From Flavobacteriaceae bacterium (lineage in GTDB: Bacteria; Bacteroidota; Bacteroidia; Flavobacteriales; Flavobacteriaceae): a stretch of DNA of 64,000 nucleotides. A model generated the notes under the pieces. It was not told the origin of the DNA. It was given only the letters and a program-made list of their open reading frames with translations, and did no database searches. Positions 11,516 through 22,325 of the stretch are shown in pieces (position 1 is the first letter of the stretch; each line of letters begins with the position of its first letter). The translations under genes and the position numbers were made by a program. The stretch covers positions 2,549-66,548 of the forward strand of contig SHWW01000001.1 in the NCBI GenBank assembly GCA_009693635.1, given 5' to 3'.

Positions 11516-11638
11516 ATGACCTTTAAATTAACTTCATATCAACTGATTATTCCAACCAAAATTACGGTTAAGTTTTCGGTTACAACAATTTCTACAACAA
11601 CGATTATTACCCCTATGGGGGATATTTTTCAAATATAA
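11516..11638 (+). CDS. Putative thr operon leader peptide (40 aa, Thr/Ile-rich)
   Basis: MTFKLTSYQLIIPTKITVKFSVTTISTTTIITPMGDIFQI*: 10 Thr and 8 Ile, core TTISTTTIIT, ends 61 nt before thrA. Confidence 0.8.
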   Translation: MTFKLTSYQLIIPTKITVKFSVTTISTTTIITPMGDIFQI

Positions 11639-11699
11639 TGCACTTTATTTCCTTTTTCGTAAGAAGATAAATCACTATTTACCTCATAATAAAAACACA

Positions 11700-14150
11700 A
11701 TGAAAATTTTAAAATTCGGCGGTACTTCGGTTGCTAATGCAAATAACATAAAATTAGTACTTTCAATAGTAGAAAAAACTGCAGGGTCATCAACAAAATT
11801 AGTCGTTGTAATTTCTGCTTTTAGCGGTGTTACCGATTTATTAATTTTAGCAGCTTCAAAAGCAGCTTCAAAAGACATCACTTTCAAAGATGTTGTATCA
11901 CAAATTGAAGAAAAACACAAAGAGGCTATTGAAGAATTAATAATAATGAGTCAACAAATACAAATATTAGAGGCTATTAATATCGATATTAATCATCTAA
12001 AAACACTTTTAGATGGTTGCTTTTTATTGGGCGAATTGTCTAATAGAACATTCGATACGATAATGGGATTTGGGGAACTTTTATCTTCCCAAATCATTGC
12101 AAAAGCATTGGAACAGAAAGTTCGTAATTCAGGATATAAAGACAGTCGTGAAATTATTAAAACTAACAATCATTTTGGAAAAGCAGTTGTAAATTTTAAA
12201 CTTTCAAACCAATTAATAAAGGAATATTTCAATTCCAATGTCTTTGGAGTTACATTAGTTCCTGGTTTTATTGCCTCTTCAACAGATGGTTATTCAACAA
12301 CTTTGGGTCGTGGCGGTTCTGATTATACGGCTGCCATTTTAAGTGGCGCTTTAAATGCTGAATTACTCGAAATCTGGACAGACGTAAGTGGAATGTTTAC
12401 TGCAAATCCTAAAATTGTAAAACAAGCGAATCCTATCAAAACAATTTCGTACCAAGAAGCGATGGAATTATCGCATTTTGGTGCCAAAGTCTTGTATCCG
12501 CCAACAATTCAGCCAGTTTTGAAACTGAATATTCCTATAGTTATCAAAAATACATTTGAACCTGATGCAGCTGGAACCTATATTTCATCTGAAAGAAATG
12601 AAAATGAAAATCCAATAAAAGGAATTTCACACATTGACAATATCGCTTTACTAACGCTTGAAGGTTCAGGAATGATTGGGGTTTCAGGTTCTTCAAAACG
12701 ATTATTTGAAGTTTTATCCAATGAAAATATCAATGTTATTTTTATTACACAAGCCTCTTCGGAACACTCGATTTGTATTGGAATTTTAAATGAAAATGCC
12801 AATAATGCTCAAATTGCTATTGATAAAGCATTTGAATTAGAAATTACTCAAAACAAAATTGACCCATCTATTGTTGAAGAAAACCTTTGTATCATTGCTT
12901 TGGTTGGTGAAAATATGAAAAGTCACCAAGGGTTGAGCGGTAAAATGTTCAGCACTTTAGGAAAAAATAATGTGAATATTAGAGCCATTGCGCAAGGAGC
13001 TTCAGAACGAAATATTTCAGCAGTAATCAATAAGCGTGATGTTAAAAAAGCACTGAATACATTACACGAATGTTTCTTTGAAGACAACGCCAAACAGTTG
13101 AATTTATTTGTAATGGGTGTTGGAAATGTGGGGGAAAAATTCATTGAACAAATTCACCAACAAAAGAAATTCTTAAAGGAAAATCTTAAATTAAACCTTC
13201 GTGTAATTGCGTTATCCAACTCACGAAATATGCTTTTTGACGAAGAAGGTATTACTCTGAAAGACTGGAAAAAAAGTTTGGAAAACGGAGAAGTTGCAAA
13301 TAAAGAAACCTTTATTTCTAATGTTATTGCACTCAATTTAAGAAACAGTATTTTTGTTGATGTCACAGCAAATGAAAGCATTTCTCAAACCTATGCTCAT
13401 TATTTAAAACAAAATATAGCTGTAGTTACTTGCAACAAAATCGCGTGTTCTTCGGCTTATGAAAATTATAGTAATCTGAAACAATTATCAAGAAGATTCA
13501 ATGCGCCATTTTTATTTGAAACCAATGTTGGTGCAGGTTTACCAATAATTGATACTTTAAAACATTTGATTGCATCAGGTGATAAAGTTCATAAAATCCA
13601 AGCCGTACTTTCGGGAAGTTTGAATTTTATATTCAACAATTTCGATGAGAAAAATTCTTTTCATGATGTTGTAAAAGAAGCCGGTGTTCAAGGATTTACA
13701 GAACCAGACCCAAAAATTGATTTAAGTGGTGTTGATGTAGCTCGAAAGATACTAATTCTAATTCGTGAAAGCGGTTACAAAATGGAAATTGAAGACATTG
13801 CCAACGAATCTTTTTTACCTGTTGAATGTTTAGAAACAAAAAATAATGAAACATTCTTTACTTCCTTAATAAAAAATGCAGCTCATTTTGAAAACATTTA
13901 TAAAGAAGCGATAGCAAAAGACTTTCGTTTAAAATATGTTGCTAAATTTGAAGATGGAAAAGCCAGTGTAGGATTGCAATTTATTCCAAAAGAAAGTCCA
14001 TTTTACAATTTAGAAGGAAAAGATAATATTGTTCAATTTTACACCGACAGATATGTTGACCAACCTTTACTAATAAAAGGGGCTGGCGCAGGGGCTTCGG
14101 TTACAGCTTCTGGGATTTTTGCAGATGTAATTAGAATTGGAAACGTTTAA
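11700..14150 (+). CDS. thrA: Bifunctional aspartokinase / homoserine dehydrogenase
   Basis: KFGGTSV, TTLGRGGSDYTA, two ACT domains, GVGNVG, FETNVGAGLP, EPDP. Confidence 0.97.
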   Translation: MKILKFGGTSVANANNIKLVLSIVEKTAGSSTKLVVVISAFSGVTDLLILAASKAASKDITFKDVVSQIEEKHKEAIEELIIMSQQIQILEAINIDINHLKTLLDGCFLLGELSNRTFDTIMGFGELLSSQIIAKALEQKVRNSGYKDSREIIKTNNHFGKAVVNFKLSNQLIKEYFNSNVFGVTLVPGFIASSTDGYSTTLGRGGSDYTAAILSGALNAELLEIWTDVSGMFTANPKIVKQANPIKTISYQEAMELSHFGAKVLYPPTIQPVLKLNIPIVIKNTFEPDAAGTYISSERNENENPIKGISHIDNIALLTLEGSGMIGVSGSSKRLFEVLSNENINVIFITQASSEHSICIGILNENANNAQIAIDKAFELEITQNKIDPSIVEENLCIIALVGENMKSHQGLSGKMFSTLGKNNVNIRAIAQGASERNISAVINKRDVKKALNTLHECFFEDNAKQLNLFVMGVGNVGEKFIEQIHQQKKFLKENLKLNLRVIALSNSRNMLFDEEGITLKDWKKSLENGEVANKETFISNVIALNLRNSIFVDVTANESISQTYAHYLKQNIAVVTCNKIACSSAYENYSNLKQLSRRFNAPFLFETNVGAGLPIIDTLKHLIASGDKVHKIQAVLSGSLNFIFNNFDEKNSFHDVVKEAGVQGFTEPDPKIDLSGVDVARKILILIRESGYKMEIEDIANESFLPVECLETKNNETFFTSLIKNAAHFENIYKEAIAKDFRLKYVAKFEDGKASVGLQFIPKESPFYNLEGKDNIVQFYTDRYVDQPLLIKGAGAGASVTASGIFADVIRIGNV

Positions 14151-14212
14151 TTTTAGAATCATCTCCTCTTTTTGACTTTGAACTATAAGAAATTAGACTT
14201 TAAGACTATTAT

Positions 14213-15133
14213 ATGAATGAAATAAAAATATTTTGCCCCGCTACAATTGCAAATATTTCCTGTGGATTTGATGTCCTCGGATTGTGCTTGGAGACTACTG
14301 GCGATGAAATGATAATTAGAAAATCAGATAATAAAGGTATAAGAATCACAAAGATTATAGGCGCTGATTTACCTTTAGAGACTTCTAAAAATGTTGCTGG
14401 AGTTGCTGGTTTGGCACTTTTAGAAGCAATTGATTATGAATTTGGTTTTGATATTGAAATCTACAAAAATATAAAAGCAGGAAGTGGAATTGGAAGTTCG
14501 GCTGCAAGCGCATCAGGTGCTGTTTTTGGAATCAACGAATTAGTCGGAAAACCATTCACTCAAAAAGAATTGGTTTCTTTTGCAATGAAAGGCGAGGCAA
14601 TTGCAAGTGGAAGCGAACACGCTGATAATGTTGCTCCTGCTATTTTGGGAGGAATAACGCTAGTTCGCAGTTACGTACCCTTGGATATTATAAAAATTGA
14701 AAGTCCATCAGAATTGTATGCAACAGTAATTCATCCGCAAATTGAACTGAAAACTTCAGAAATGCGAGCCGTTTTACAACCAATGATTCCTTTAAAAAGT
14801 GCTATTGTTCAGTGGGGAAACTTGGGAGGATTAATCGCAGGATTATATACTTCTGATTATGAGTTGATTGGACGTTCTCTTCATGATGAAATTGTGGAAC
14901 CTTTGCGAGGTCCTTACATTCCTAAATTTGATTTAATTAAAAAAGCTGCTTTAGAAAATGGTGCTTTGGGATCTGGAATTTCTGGTTCAGGACCTTCAAT
15001 ATTTGCCTTGAGCAAAGGAATTGAAACCGCCAATAAAATTGCAAAAGCAATGAGCAGTGTTTACGATGAAATGGATTTGCCTTATGAAATTCACGTTTCA
15101 AAAGTAAATTCAAAAGGAGTTAAAATAATTTAA
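14213..15133 (+). CDS. thrB: Homoserine kinase
   Basis: PATIANISCGFDVLG, GSGIGSSAAS GHMP motif, HADNVAP, ISGSGPS. Confidence 0.96.
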   Translation: MNEIKIFCPATIANISCGFDVLGLCLETTGDEMIIRKSDNKGIRITKIIGADLPLETSKNVAGVAGLALLEAIDYEFGFDIEIYKNIKAGSGIGSSAASASGAVFGINELVGKPFTQKELVSFAMKGEAIASGSEHADNVAPAILGGITLVRSYVPLDIIKIESPSELYATVIHPQIELKTSEMRAVLQPMIPLKSAIVQWGNLGGLIAGLYTSDYELIGRSLHDEIVEPLRGPYIPKFDLIKKAALENGALGSGISGSGPSIFALSKGIETANKIAKAMSSVYDEMDLPYEIHVSKVNSKGVKII

Positions 15134-15142
15134 AAGTAATAC

Positions 15143-15177
15143 GCTTTACGCAATAGACAAAGCTTATTGCATAAAGC
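15143..15177. repeat. Imperfect inverted repeat between thrB and thrC
   Basis: GCTTTACGCAATA...TATTGCATAAAGC, 13-bp arms with one mismatch. Confidence 0.5.
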
Positions 15178-15200
15178 TTTCTGCATATAGCTAAATAAAA

Positions 15201-16493
15201 ATGAAATACTACAGTTTAAATCATAACGCCCCAAAAGTTTCTTTTCAAGAAGCTTTAATTCAAGGGTTGGCTCCTGATAAAGGTTTGTATTTTCCTGAGA
15301 GCCTCACTCCTATTTCCGCTTCATTTTTTGATGAAATTGAAATGCTATCTAACGATGAAATTGCTTTTCAAGCGATTAAACAATTTGTAGGTGATGAAAT
15401 TCCTGAGGCAAATTTGAAACAAATTATTACAGAAACTTTATGTTTTGATTTTCCATTAGTGAAAGTTGAAAACAATATCTATTCGTTAGAGCTTTTTCAC
15501 GGACCTACAATGGCGTTTAAAGATGTTGGCGCACGATTTATGTCTCGCTGTTTGGCCTATTTCAATACGGATAAAAAAGACGCCAAAAACACAGTAATCG
15601 TTGCTACTTCAGGAGATACTGGGGGTGCTGTTGCCAATGGATTTTTGGATGTTGAAGGCGTTGAAGTAATCATTTTATATCCTTCTGGAAAAGTCAGCGA
15701 TATTCAAGAACGACAATTGACTACTTTGGGACAAAACATTACCGCTTTAGAAGTTGACGGAGTTTTTGATGATTGTCAGGATATGGTTAAAAAAGCTTTT
15801 TTGGATGAAAGTCTTGACTATAAAAATTTAACCTCAGCAAATTCAATTAATATCGCCCGTTGGTTGCCACAAATGTTTTACTTTTTCTTTGCCTACAAGC
15901 AATTAAAATCAGAAAACAAACCGCTTGTTTTTTCTTGCCCGAGTGGTAATTTCGGGAATATCTGCGCTGGAATAATTGCAAAAAAGCTAGGTTTACCAAT
16001 TGAACATTTTGTAGCTTCTACAAATGTTAACGATACAGTTCCACGTTTTTTAGAAGCGGGATTGTATGATCCTAGACCTTCGAAAGCTACTATTTCCAAT
16101 GCTATGGATGTTGGAAATCCAAGCAATTTTATTCGGATTCAAGAAATATATAAAAACGATTTATCAGAATTCAAAAAAGACTTTTCTTCATTTTCATTCA
16201 CAGATGCGGAAACCAAAATTGCCTTACAAACAATCTACAAGAATTCAGGGTATATTGCCGAACCTCACGGCGCTGTTGGGTATATAGGTTTGAAAAAAGA
16301 ATTGCAGAACTACCCAAATTCAATGGGAATTTTCCTAGAAACGGCACATCCAATTAAGTTTTTAGACGTTGTTGAACCTATTTTAAATATAAAAATATCG
16401 ATTCCAACCCAAATCGAAAGTGTTTTGAATAAAGAAAAATTGAGTATTAAAATCAAAACTTACGAAGAATTCAAGGCATATTTAAAACGTTAA
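15201..16493 (+). CDS. thrC: Threonine synthase
   Basis: ELFHGPTMAFKD (PLP Lys), ATSGDTG, PSGNFGN, ETAHPIKF. Confidence 0.96.
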   Translation: MKYYSLNHNAPKVSFQEALIQGLAPDKGLYFPESLTPISASFFDEIEMLSNDEIAFQAIKQFVGDEIPEANLKQIITETLCFDFPLVKVENNIYSLELFHGPTMAFKDVGARFMSRCLAYFNTDKKDAKNTVIVATSGDTGGAVANGFLDVEGVEVIILYPSGKVSDIQERQLTTLGQNITALEVDGVFDDCQDMVKKAFLDESLDYKNLTSANSINIARWLPQMFYFFFAYKQLKSENKPLVFSCPSGNFGNICAGIIAKKLGLPIEHFVASTNVNDTVPRFLEAGLYDPRPSKATISNAMDVGNPSNFIRIQEIYKNDLSEFKKDFSSFSFTDAETKIALQTIYKNSGYIAEPHGAVGYIGLKKELQNYPNSMGIFLETAHPIKFLDVVEPILNIKISIPTQIESVLNKEKLSIKIKTYEEFKAYLKR

Positions 16494-16594
16494 AAAGTTT
16501 AGGTTTTGTTATTATATTTATTTGGCTGTCGGACGCTTTGTCACTCCATAAAAAATGAATAAATTAGCCCTTCTAAATAAAAGCTAACAAAACA

Positions 16595-17677
16595 ATGAAA
16601 AATACAGCGCTGACGAACATCCATGAAAGTTTGGGAGCTAAAATGCTTCCATTTGCAGGTTACAATATGCCTATATTATATGAAGGTGTTAATGCCGAAC
16701 ACGAAACCGTGCGAAATACTGTGGGTGTTTTTGATGTTTCTCATATGGGTGAATTTTTTCTTTCTGGTCCAAATGCTTTAACATTAATTCAAAAAGTTAC
16801 CTCGAATGATGCGGCAACTTTAACAATTGGAAGAGCACAATACTCTTGTTTGCCAAATAATGATGGCGGAATTGTAGATGATTTAATTGTCTATAAAATG
16901 AAGGAGGAAGAATATTTATTGGTTGTAAATGCCTCGAATATTGATAAGGATTGGGATTGGATTTCATCGCACAATGATTTAGGTGTAGAAATGAAAAACC
17001 TTTCTCACGACTATTCTTTATTGGCAATTCAAGGTCCTAAAGCCGTTGAAGCGATGCAATCATTATCGTCAATTGATTTATCAGCAATTGCTTATTATCA
17101 TTTTGAAGTAGCAGATTTTGCAGATTTTGATAATGTAATTATTTCTGCAACTGGTTATACTGGTTCTGGTGGATTTGAGATTTATTGCAAAAACGACCAA
17201 GTAGAAACTATTTGGAACAAAGTTTTTGAGGCGGGTGCTCCTTTTGGAATTAAACCAATTGGATTGGCAGCTCGTGATACATTGCGATTAGAAATGGGAT
17301 TCTGTTTGTATGGAAACGATATCAACGAAACTACTTCTCCATTAGAAGCTGGGTTGGGTTGGATTACAAAATTCACAAAAGAGTTTACGAATTCAGAAAA
17401 TTTGAAGAAACAAAAAGAAGCAGGTGTCATTAAAAAATTAGTGGCTTTTGAAATGCAAGAACGTGCGGTGCCACGTCACGACTATGAAATTGTAGATGCA
17501 AATGGAACTATAATTGGCATTGTAACGTCAGGAACTATGTCGCCATCTATGAATGTTGGGATTGGATTAGGATATGTACCAACTTCATTTTCAGCGGTAG
17601 ATAGTGATATTTTTATTAGAATTAGAAAAAATGATGTACCTGCTAAAGTAGTAAAATTGCCATTTTATAAAAAATAA
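16595..17677 (+). CDS. gcvT: Glycine cleavage system aminomethyltransferase T
   Basis: [28 protein letters not shown]. Confidence 0.97.
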   Translation: MKNTALTNIHESLGAKMLPFAGYNMPILYEGVNAEHETVRNTVGVFDVSHMGEFFLSGPNALTLIQKVTSNDAATLTIGRAQYSCLPNNDGGIVDDLIVYKMKEEEYLLVVNASNIDKDWDWISSHNDLGVEMKNLSHDYSLLAIQGPKAVEAMQSLSSIDLSAIAYYHFEVADFADFDNVIISATGYTGSGGFEIYCKNDQVETIWNKVFEAGAPFGIKPIGLAARDTLRLEMGFCLYGNDINETTSPLEAGLGWITKFTKEFTNSENLKKQKEAGVIKKLVAFEMQERAVPRHDYEIVDANGTIIGIVTSGTMSPSMNVGIGLGYVPTSFSAVDSDIFIRIRKNDVPAKVVKLPFYKK

Positions 17678-17710
17678 AATAATTGAATTAGAATAAAACA
17701 ATAATTAGAA

Positions 17711-18421
17711 ATGGGAAGAGCTTTTGAATTCCGAAAAGGTAGAAAAATGAAACGCTGGTCAGCAATGGCTAAAGCATTTACAAGAATTGGTAAAGATATT
17801 GTAATGGCAGTTAAAGAAGGTGGCCCTAATCCAGAAGCTAATTCCCGATTAAGAGCTGTAATACAAAACTCTAAGGCAGTAAATATGCCGAAAGAAAATG
17901 TAGAACGTGCCATCAAAAAAGCAACAGATAAAGATACCGCCAACTATAAAGAAGTTTTATTTGAGGGTTATGCTCCACACGGAATTGCGATTCTTGTTGA
18001 AACGGCTACTGATAACAATAACAGAACGGTTGCTAATATTAGAAGCTATTTTAATAAATGTAATGGAACAATGGGAACGCAGGGTTCGGTTGAATTTATG
18101 TTTGACCACACATGCAATTTCAGAATTCCTGCTAACGGAACGGATCCTGAAGAATTAGAATTAGAATTAATCGACTTTGGTGCCGAAGAAGTTTTTGAAG
18201 ACGAAGATGGGATTTTAATTTACGCAGATTTTGGAAGTTTTGGAACTATTCAAAAGGAATTGGAAAACAGAAACTTAGTAATACTTTCGTCAGGTTTTGA
18301 GCGTATTCCTCAAATTACAAAAAAACTAACAGAAGTTGAAATGGCTGAAGTAGAAAAGCTTATTGAAAAAATTGAAGAAGATGATGACGTAATGAACGTA
18401 TATCATACTATGGAAGAATAA
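17711..18421 (+). CDS. YebC/PmpR family protein
   Basis: GGPNPEANSRLR, EGYAPHGIA, TDNNNRT, EEDDDV. Confidence 0.93.
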   Translation: MGRAFEFRKGRKMKRWSAMAKAFTRIGKDIVMAVKEGGPNPEANSRLRAVIQNSKAVNMPKENVERAIKKATDKDTANYKEVLFEGYAPHGIAILVETATDNNNRTVANIRSYFNKCNGTMGTQGSVEFMFDHTCNFRIPANGTDPEELELELIDFGAEEVFEDEDGILIYADFGSFGTIQKELENRNLVILSSGFERIPQITKKLTEVEMAEVEKLIEKIEEDDDVMNVYHTMEE

Positions 18422-18559
18422 TTATTTCGATTTCTTAGATTAATAGATTTTAGACTACTTAGATTAACACATTACATACAACCTCAAATTTTTAGACTTT
18501 ATGATTCCAATTAAATATTTAAGATTTTTAAAAATCTAAAAAAATATATTTATAATAAA

Positions 18560-19600
18560 CTATTTAATAAACTCTATTTTCTGAGCTTCTTCGGAGTTAA
18601 CGCTATCAAAGAACCCTTGTTCGTTCATCCAATCGTCACTGAAGACCTTGCTCATGTAACGAGATCCATGGTCTGGAAAAATAGCAATTACATTACTATT
18701 TTTATCAAACTCTCCTTCGTTTGCGTATTGTCTAATAGCCTGAAGTACCGCACCAGAAGTATATCCTACAAATAAACCTTCTCTTTTTGCCAATTCTCTT
18801 GTAGCGTGAGCACTTTCTTCATCAGTTACTTTCATGAAGTAATCTATCAAATCAAAATCAGTAGCAGATGGAATTAAGTTTTTTCCCAAACCTTCAATAC
18901 GGTAAGGGTATATTTCTTCGTTGTCAAATTCTTTAGTCTCGTGGTATTTTTTTAATACCGATCCAAAAGCATCAACACCTAAAATTCTAATTTTTGGATT
19001 TTTTTCTTTTAAGTATTTTGCAATCCCAGAGATAGTTCCTCCAGTTCCGCTACAAGCTACTAAATGGGTTATTTGACCGTTTGTTTGATCCCAAATTTCA
19101 GGACCAGTAGAATTGTAATGGGCATCAATATTTAATTGGTTGAAATATTGATTGATATATACAGAACCTTTCGTTTCATCATGCAAACGTTTGGCAACAG
19201 AATAATATGAACGTTTATCATCAGCAGAAACATTAGCAGGGCAAACATAAATTTTAGCCCCCAAGCTTCTCAACATGTCAATTTTATCAAGTGAAGACTT
19301 TGAACTTACTGCCAAAATACAGTTGTAGCCCTTTATTATACTTACCATAGCTAAACTAAAACCAGTATTTCCTGAGGTAGTTTCTATAATGGTATCGCCT
19401 GGAGATAATATTCCTTTTTTCTCCGCTTCTTCTATAATATATAATGCAATTCTATCTTTGGAAGAATGACCTGGATTAAAAGCTTCTACTTTAGCGTAAA
19501 AATTTCCATCTAAATCATCTGTTACTTTATTAAGTTTAATTAGTGGTGTATCTCCAATTAAATCGAGAATACTGTCGAAGGCTTTTATTTTTTCTTTCAT
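18560..19600 (-). CDS. PLP-dependent cysteine synthase / cystathionine beta-synthase family protein
   Basis: NPGHSSKDR (PLP Lys), [21 protein letters not shown]. Confidence 0.9.
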   Translation of the reverse strand: MKEKIKAFDSILDLIGDTPLIKLNKVTDDLDGNFYAKVEAFNPGHSSKDRIALYIIEEAEKKGILSPGDTIIETTSGNTGFSLAMVSIIKGYNCILAVSSKSSLDKIDMLRSLGAKIYVCPANVSADDKRSYYSVAKRLHDETKGSVYINQYFNQLNIDAHYNSTGPEIWDQTNGQITHLVACSGTGGTISGIAKYLKEKNPKIRILGVDAFGSVLKKYHETKEFDNEEIYPYRIEGLGKNLIPSATDFDLIDYFMKVTDEESAHATRELAKREGLFVGYTSGAVLQAIRQYANEGEFDKNSNVIAIFPDHGSRYMSKVFSDDWMNEQGFFDSVNSEEAQKIEFIK

Positions 19601-19677
19601 AAAAAGTAGTCCATTAAGATTTAAAAATTCAATCTATACTAACCTCAATACATGCAAATTTAATAATAATTTTCTAA

Positions 19678-21738
19678 TTAATTTCCTATTTTTTCTAAAT
19701 CTAATAAAAAAGTGAATTCTTTAGCTAATTCCTTCAATGCTTCAAACCTTCCAGACGCACCTCCATGCCCTGCATCCATATTGGTATCCAGATAAATAAA
19801 GTTAGAATCAGTTTTTAAAGAACGTAATTTAGCAACCCATTTTGCAGGTTCCCAATATTGTACTTGAGAATCATGTAATCCCGAAGAAATATACATTGTT
19901 GGGTATTCTTGGGCTTTAACGTTGTCATAAGGTGAATAAGATTTCATATAATTATAATACTTTTTAACATTCGGATTTCCCCATTCGTCATATTCTCCAG
20001 TTGTCAATGGAATGGAGTCGTCAAGCATAGTACTTAAAACATCTACAAATGCCACTTGGGCAATGACTCCGTTGTATAATTCAGGTGCAATATTTACAAT
20101 TGCTCCCATTAATAATCCTCCTGCAGATCCTCCTTCGGCATATAAATGAAATGGAGACGTATATTTCTCTGCAATTAAAAATCTTGAGCAATCTATAAAA
20201 TCAGTAAAGGTGTTTTTCTTTTTCAATAACTTTCCGTCTTCATACCATTGTCGTCCTAAATCTTCTCCCCCGCGAATGTGCGCTATTGCAAATATAAATC
20301 CGCGATCCAACAAACTCAATCGGGTTGATGAGAAAGTAGCATCCATTGAATATCCGTAGGAACCGTAAGCATATTGCAACAACGGATTAGTTCCATCTTT
20401 CTTCAATTCCTTTCTGTAAACCATCGAAATTGGAACTTTAGTTCCATCAATTGCTGTTGCCCAAACGCGTTCTTCAGTATAGTTGTTTTTATCAAATGTA
20501 CCTCCCAAAACCTCTTGTTCTTTCATCACTTCCTTTTCCTTAGTGTTCATATTGAAATCAATAATCGACGAAGGTGTAGCCATTGATTGATAACCGTAAC
20601 GTAAAATATTGGTATCAAAATCAACATTGGTAGAAGTATATGCGGTGTAGGTTTCGCTTTCAAATGGCAAATAGTATTCCCCTTCCCCGCTCCAGGGCAT
20701 AATTCGGATGGTATTCAAGCCATTAAAACGTTCGGTAACTACCAAAAAATCTCTGAATATATCAATATCTTCAATTAACACTTCTTCTCGGTGCGCAATA
20801 ATATCTACCCAGTTTTCTTTGGCTGTAGCCAATTCCGAGGTTTTCATAAGTTTGAAATTGGTAGCGTTGTCTTTATTAGTTAATACATAAAAATGTTCTC
20901 CAAAATGAGCAATATCATATTCTAAACCGCGAACTCGTTTTTGGAATACCGTGAATTCGCCTTCTGGATTGTCTGCTAATAAGGTTCTGAACTCTGTAGT
21001 CATAGTACTTGATGAACTAATAACAATGTATTTTTTTGATTTTTCTTTAGTAACTTCTACAGAATAGGTGTCGTCTTTTTCAAAGTAAACTAAAATATCA
21101 TTTTCGGCATCAGTATTCAATTTATGCTTGAACACTTTATCAGGACGTAATGTTTTTTTATCTTGACGGGTATAAAACAACGTCTGATTGTCATTTGCCC
21201 AAGTGCTATCTCCTGAAGTATTTTCTATGGTATCGGCAAGTATTTCTCCTGTAATAATATTTTTTATTTGCACCGTATAAATGCGTCTTCCTATAGTATC
21301 AACGGCGAATGCTACAAATTGATTATCGGAACTAATACTCAACCCCCCCAATTGAAAATATTTATGTCCTTTTGCCAATTCATTGCAATTGAACATAATT
21401 TCTTCATTTGCCGAAAGGCTTCCCTTTTTTCGAGAATAAATAGGATAATCGCTCCCCATTTCAAAACGAGTAATATAATAATAGCCGTTGTATAAATAAG
21501 GAACCGATTCATCGTCTTCCTTAATTCTAGTTTTCATTTCTTCAAATAATTCTTTTTGAAATGCATTGGTATGCGAAGTCATCTCCTCATAATATTGATT
21601 TTCCTTATTCAGATATTCAATAACTTCTGGATTTTCTCTATCGTTTAGCCAAAAATAGTTGTCTGTTCGTACATCATCAAACTTTTTTAATGTTGTTGGA
21701 ATTATTTTTGCTAATGGAGGTCTTAATTGTTCTGACAT
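19678..21738 (-). CDS. ptrB: Oligopeptidase B (peptidase S9A)
   Basis: GGSAGG nucleophile, HDSQV, AGHGG; start moved to MSEQLRPP (21738), downstream of a minus-strand TATTTTTG promoter element. Confidence 0.92.
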   Translation of the reverse strand: MSEQLRPPLAKIIPTTLKKFDDVRTDNYFWLNDRENPEVIEYLNKENQYYEEMTSHTNAFQKELFEEMKTRIKEDDESVPYLYNGYYYITRFEMGSDYPIYSRKKGSLSANEEIMFNCNELAKGHKYFQLGGLSISSDNQFVAFAVDTIGRRIYTVQIKNIITGEILADTIENTSGDSTWANDNQTLFYTRQDKKTLRPDKVFKHKLNTDAENDILVYFEKDDTYSVEVTKEKSKKYIVISSSSTMTTEFRTLLADNPEGEFTVFQKRVRGLEYDIAHFGEHFYVLTNKDNATNFKLMKTSELATAKENWVDIIAHREEVLIEDIDIFRDFLVVTERFNGLNTIRIMPWSGEGEYYLPFESETYTAYTSTNVDFDTNILRYGYQSMATPSSIIDFNMNTKEKEVMKEQEVLGGTFDKNNYTEERVWATAIDGTKVPISMVYRKELKKDGTNPLLQYAYGSYGYSMDATFSSTRLSLLDRGFIFAIAHIRGGEDLGRQWYEDGKLLKKKNTFTDFIDCSRFLIAEKYTSPFHLYAEGGSAGGLLMGAIVNIAPELYNGVIAQVAFVDVLSTMLDDSIPLTTGEYDEWGNPNVKKYYNYMKSYSPYDNVKAQEYPTMYISSGLHDSQVQYWEPAKWVAKLRSLKTDSNFIYLDTNMDAGHGGASGRFEALKELAKEFTFLLDLEKIGN

Positions 21739-21877
21739 TTCTTTAGGATACTTTAATATTATTAACCTACAAAAATAAGACAAACATTTAAGAAAGCATT
21801 AGTATTAGTAATTTTCTTATTCGATTTTCATAGAGTATTTATGTAAATTTGCAACAAATATTATAAATAAAAGACAA

Positions 21878-22198
21878 ATGGATTTAATGAGAATGATGGG
21901 TAAATTAAAAGCTACCCAACAAAAAATAGAAGATACTAAAAAGAGATTGGATATGGTTTTAATAGACGAGCAAAGCACTGATGCTTTATTAAAGGTAATT
22001 ATTACAGCTAATAACAAAATAAAAACAATCACCATTGATGATACTTTATTGGAAGACAAAGATCAGTTAGAAGATTATTTGATTACAACCTTAAACAAAG
22101 CTATCGAGAAAGCGGCAAAAGTAAATCAAGCAGAATTAGATGCTGTTGCAAAAGTAGATATGCCTATGATCCCGGGAATGGACGAAATGTTTAAATAA
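21878..22198 (+). CDS. YbaB/EbfC family nucleoid-associated protein
   Basis: 106 aa, [13 protein letters not shown]...[16 protein letters not shown] pattern. Confidence 0.88.
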   Translation: MDLMRMMGKLKATQQKIEDTKKRLDMVLIDEQSTDALLKVIITANNKIKTITIDDTLLEDKDQLEDYLITTLNKAIEKAAKVNQAELDAVAKVDMPMIPGMDEMFK

Positions 22199-22325
22199 AC
22201 CGATAGGGATACTCATAATTAAATCGCAAATTCACAAATTTAAATGAAGTAATAAAAGCAACAAAAAATAATTTGATGAAATAGCAGCAACTATTTTATC
22301 TGTTATATAAATTTAGAAATTTAAT

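Noticed and set aside
16494-16594. Glycine riboswitch upstream of gcvT
   Set aside because: Spacer is about 100 nt and lacks the GGAGA, CCGAAG and CUCUCAGG aptamer motifs
18422-18559. Degenerate TTAGATT/TTAGACT short repeats (similar runs at 14151-14212 and 34075-34115)
   Set aside because: Irregular AT-rich intergenic repeats without constant repeat-spacer structure; not CRISPR
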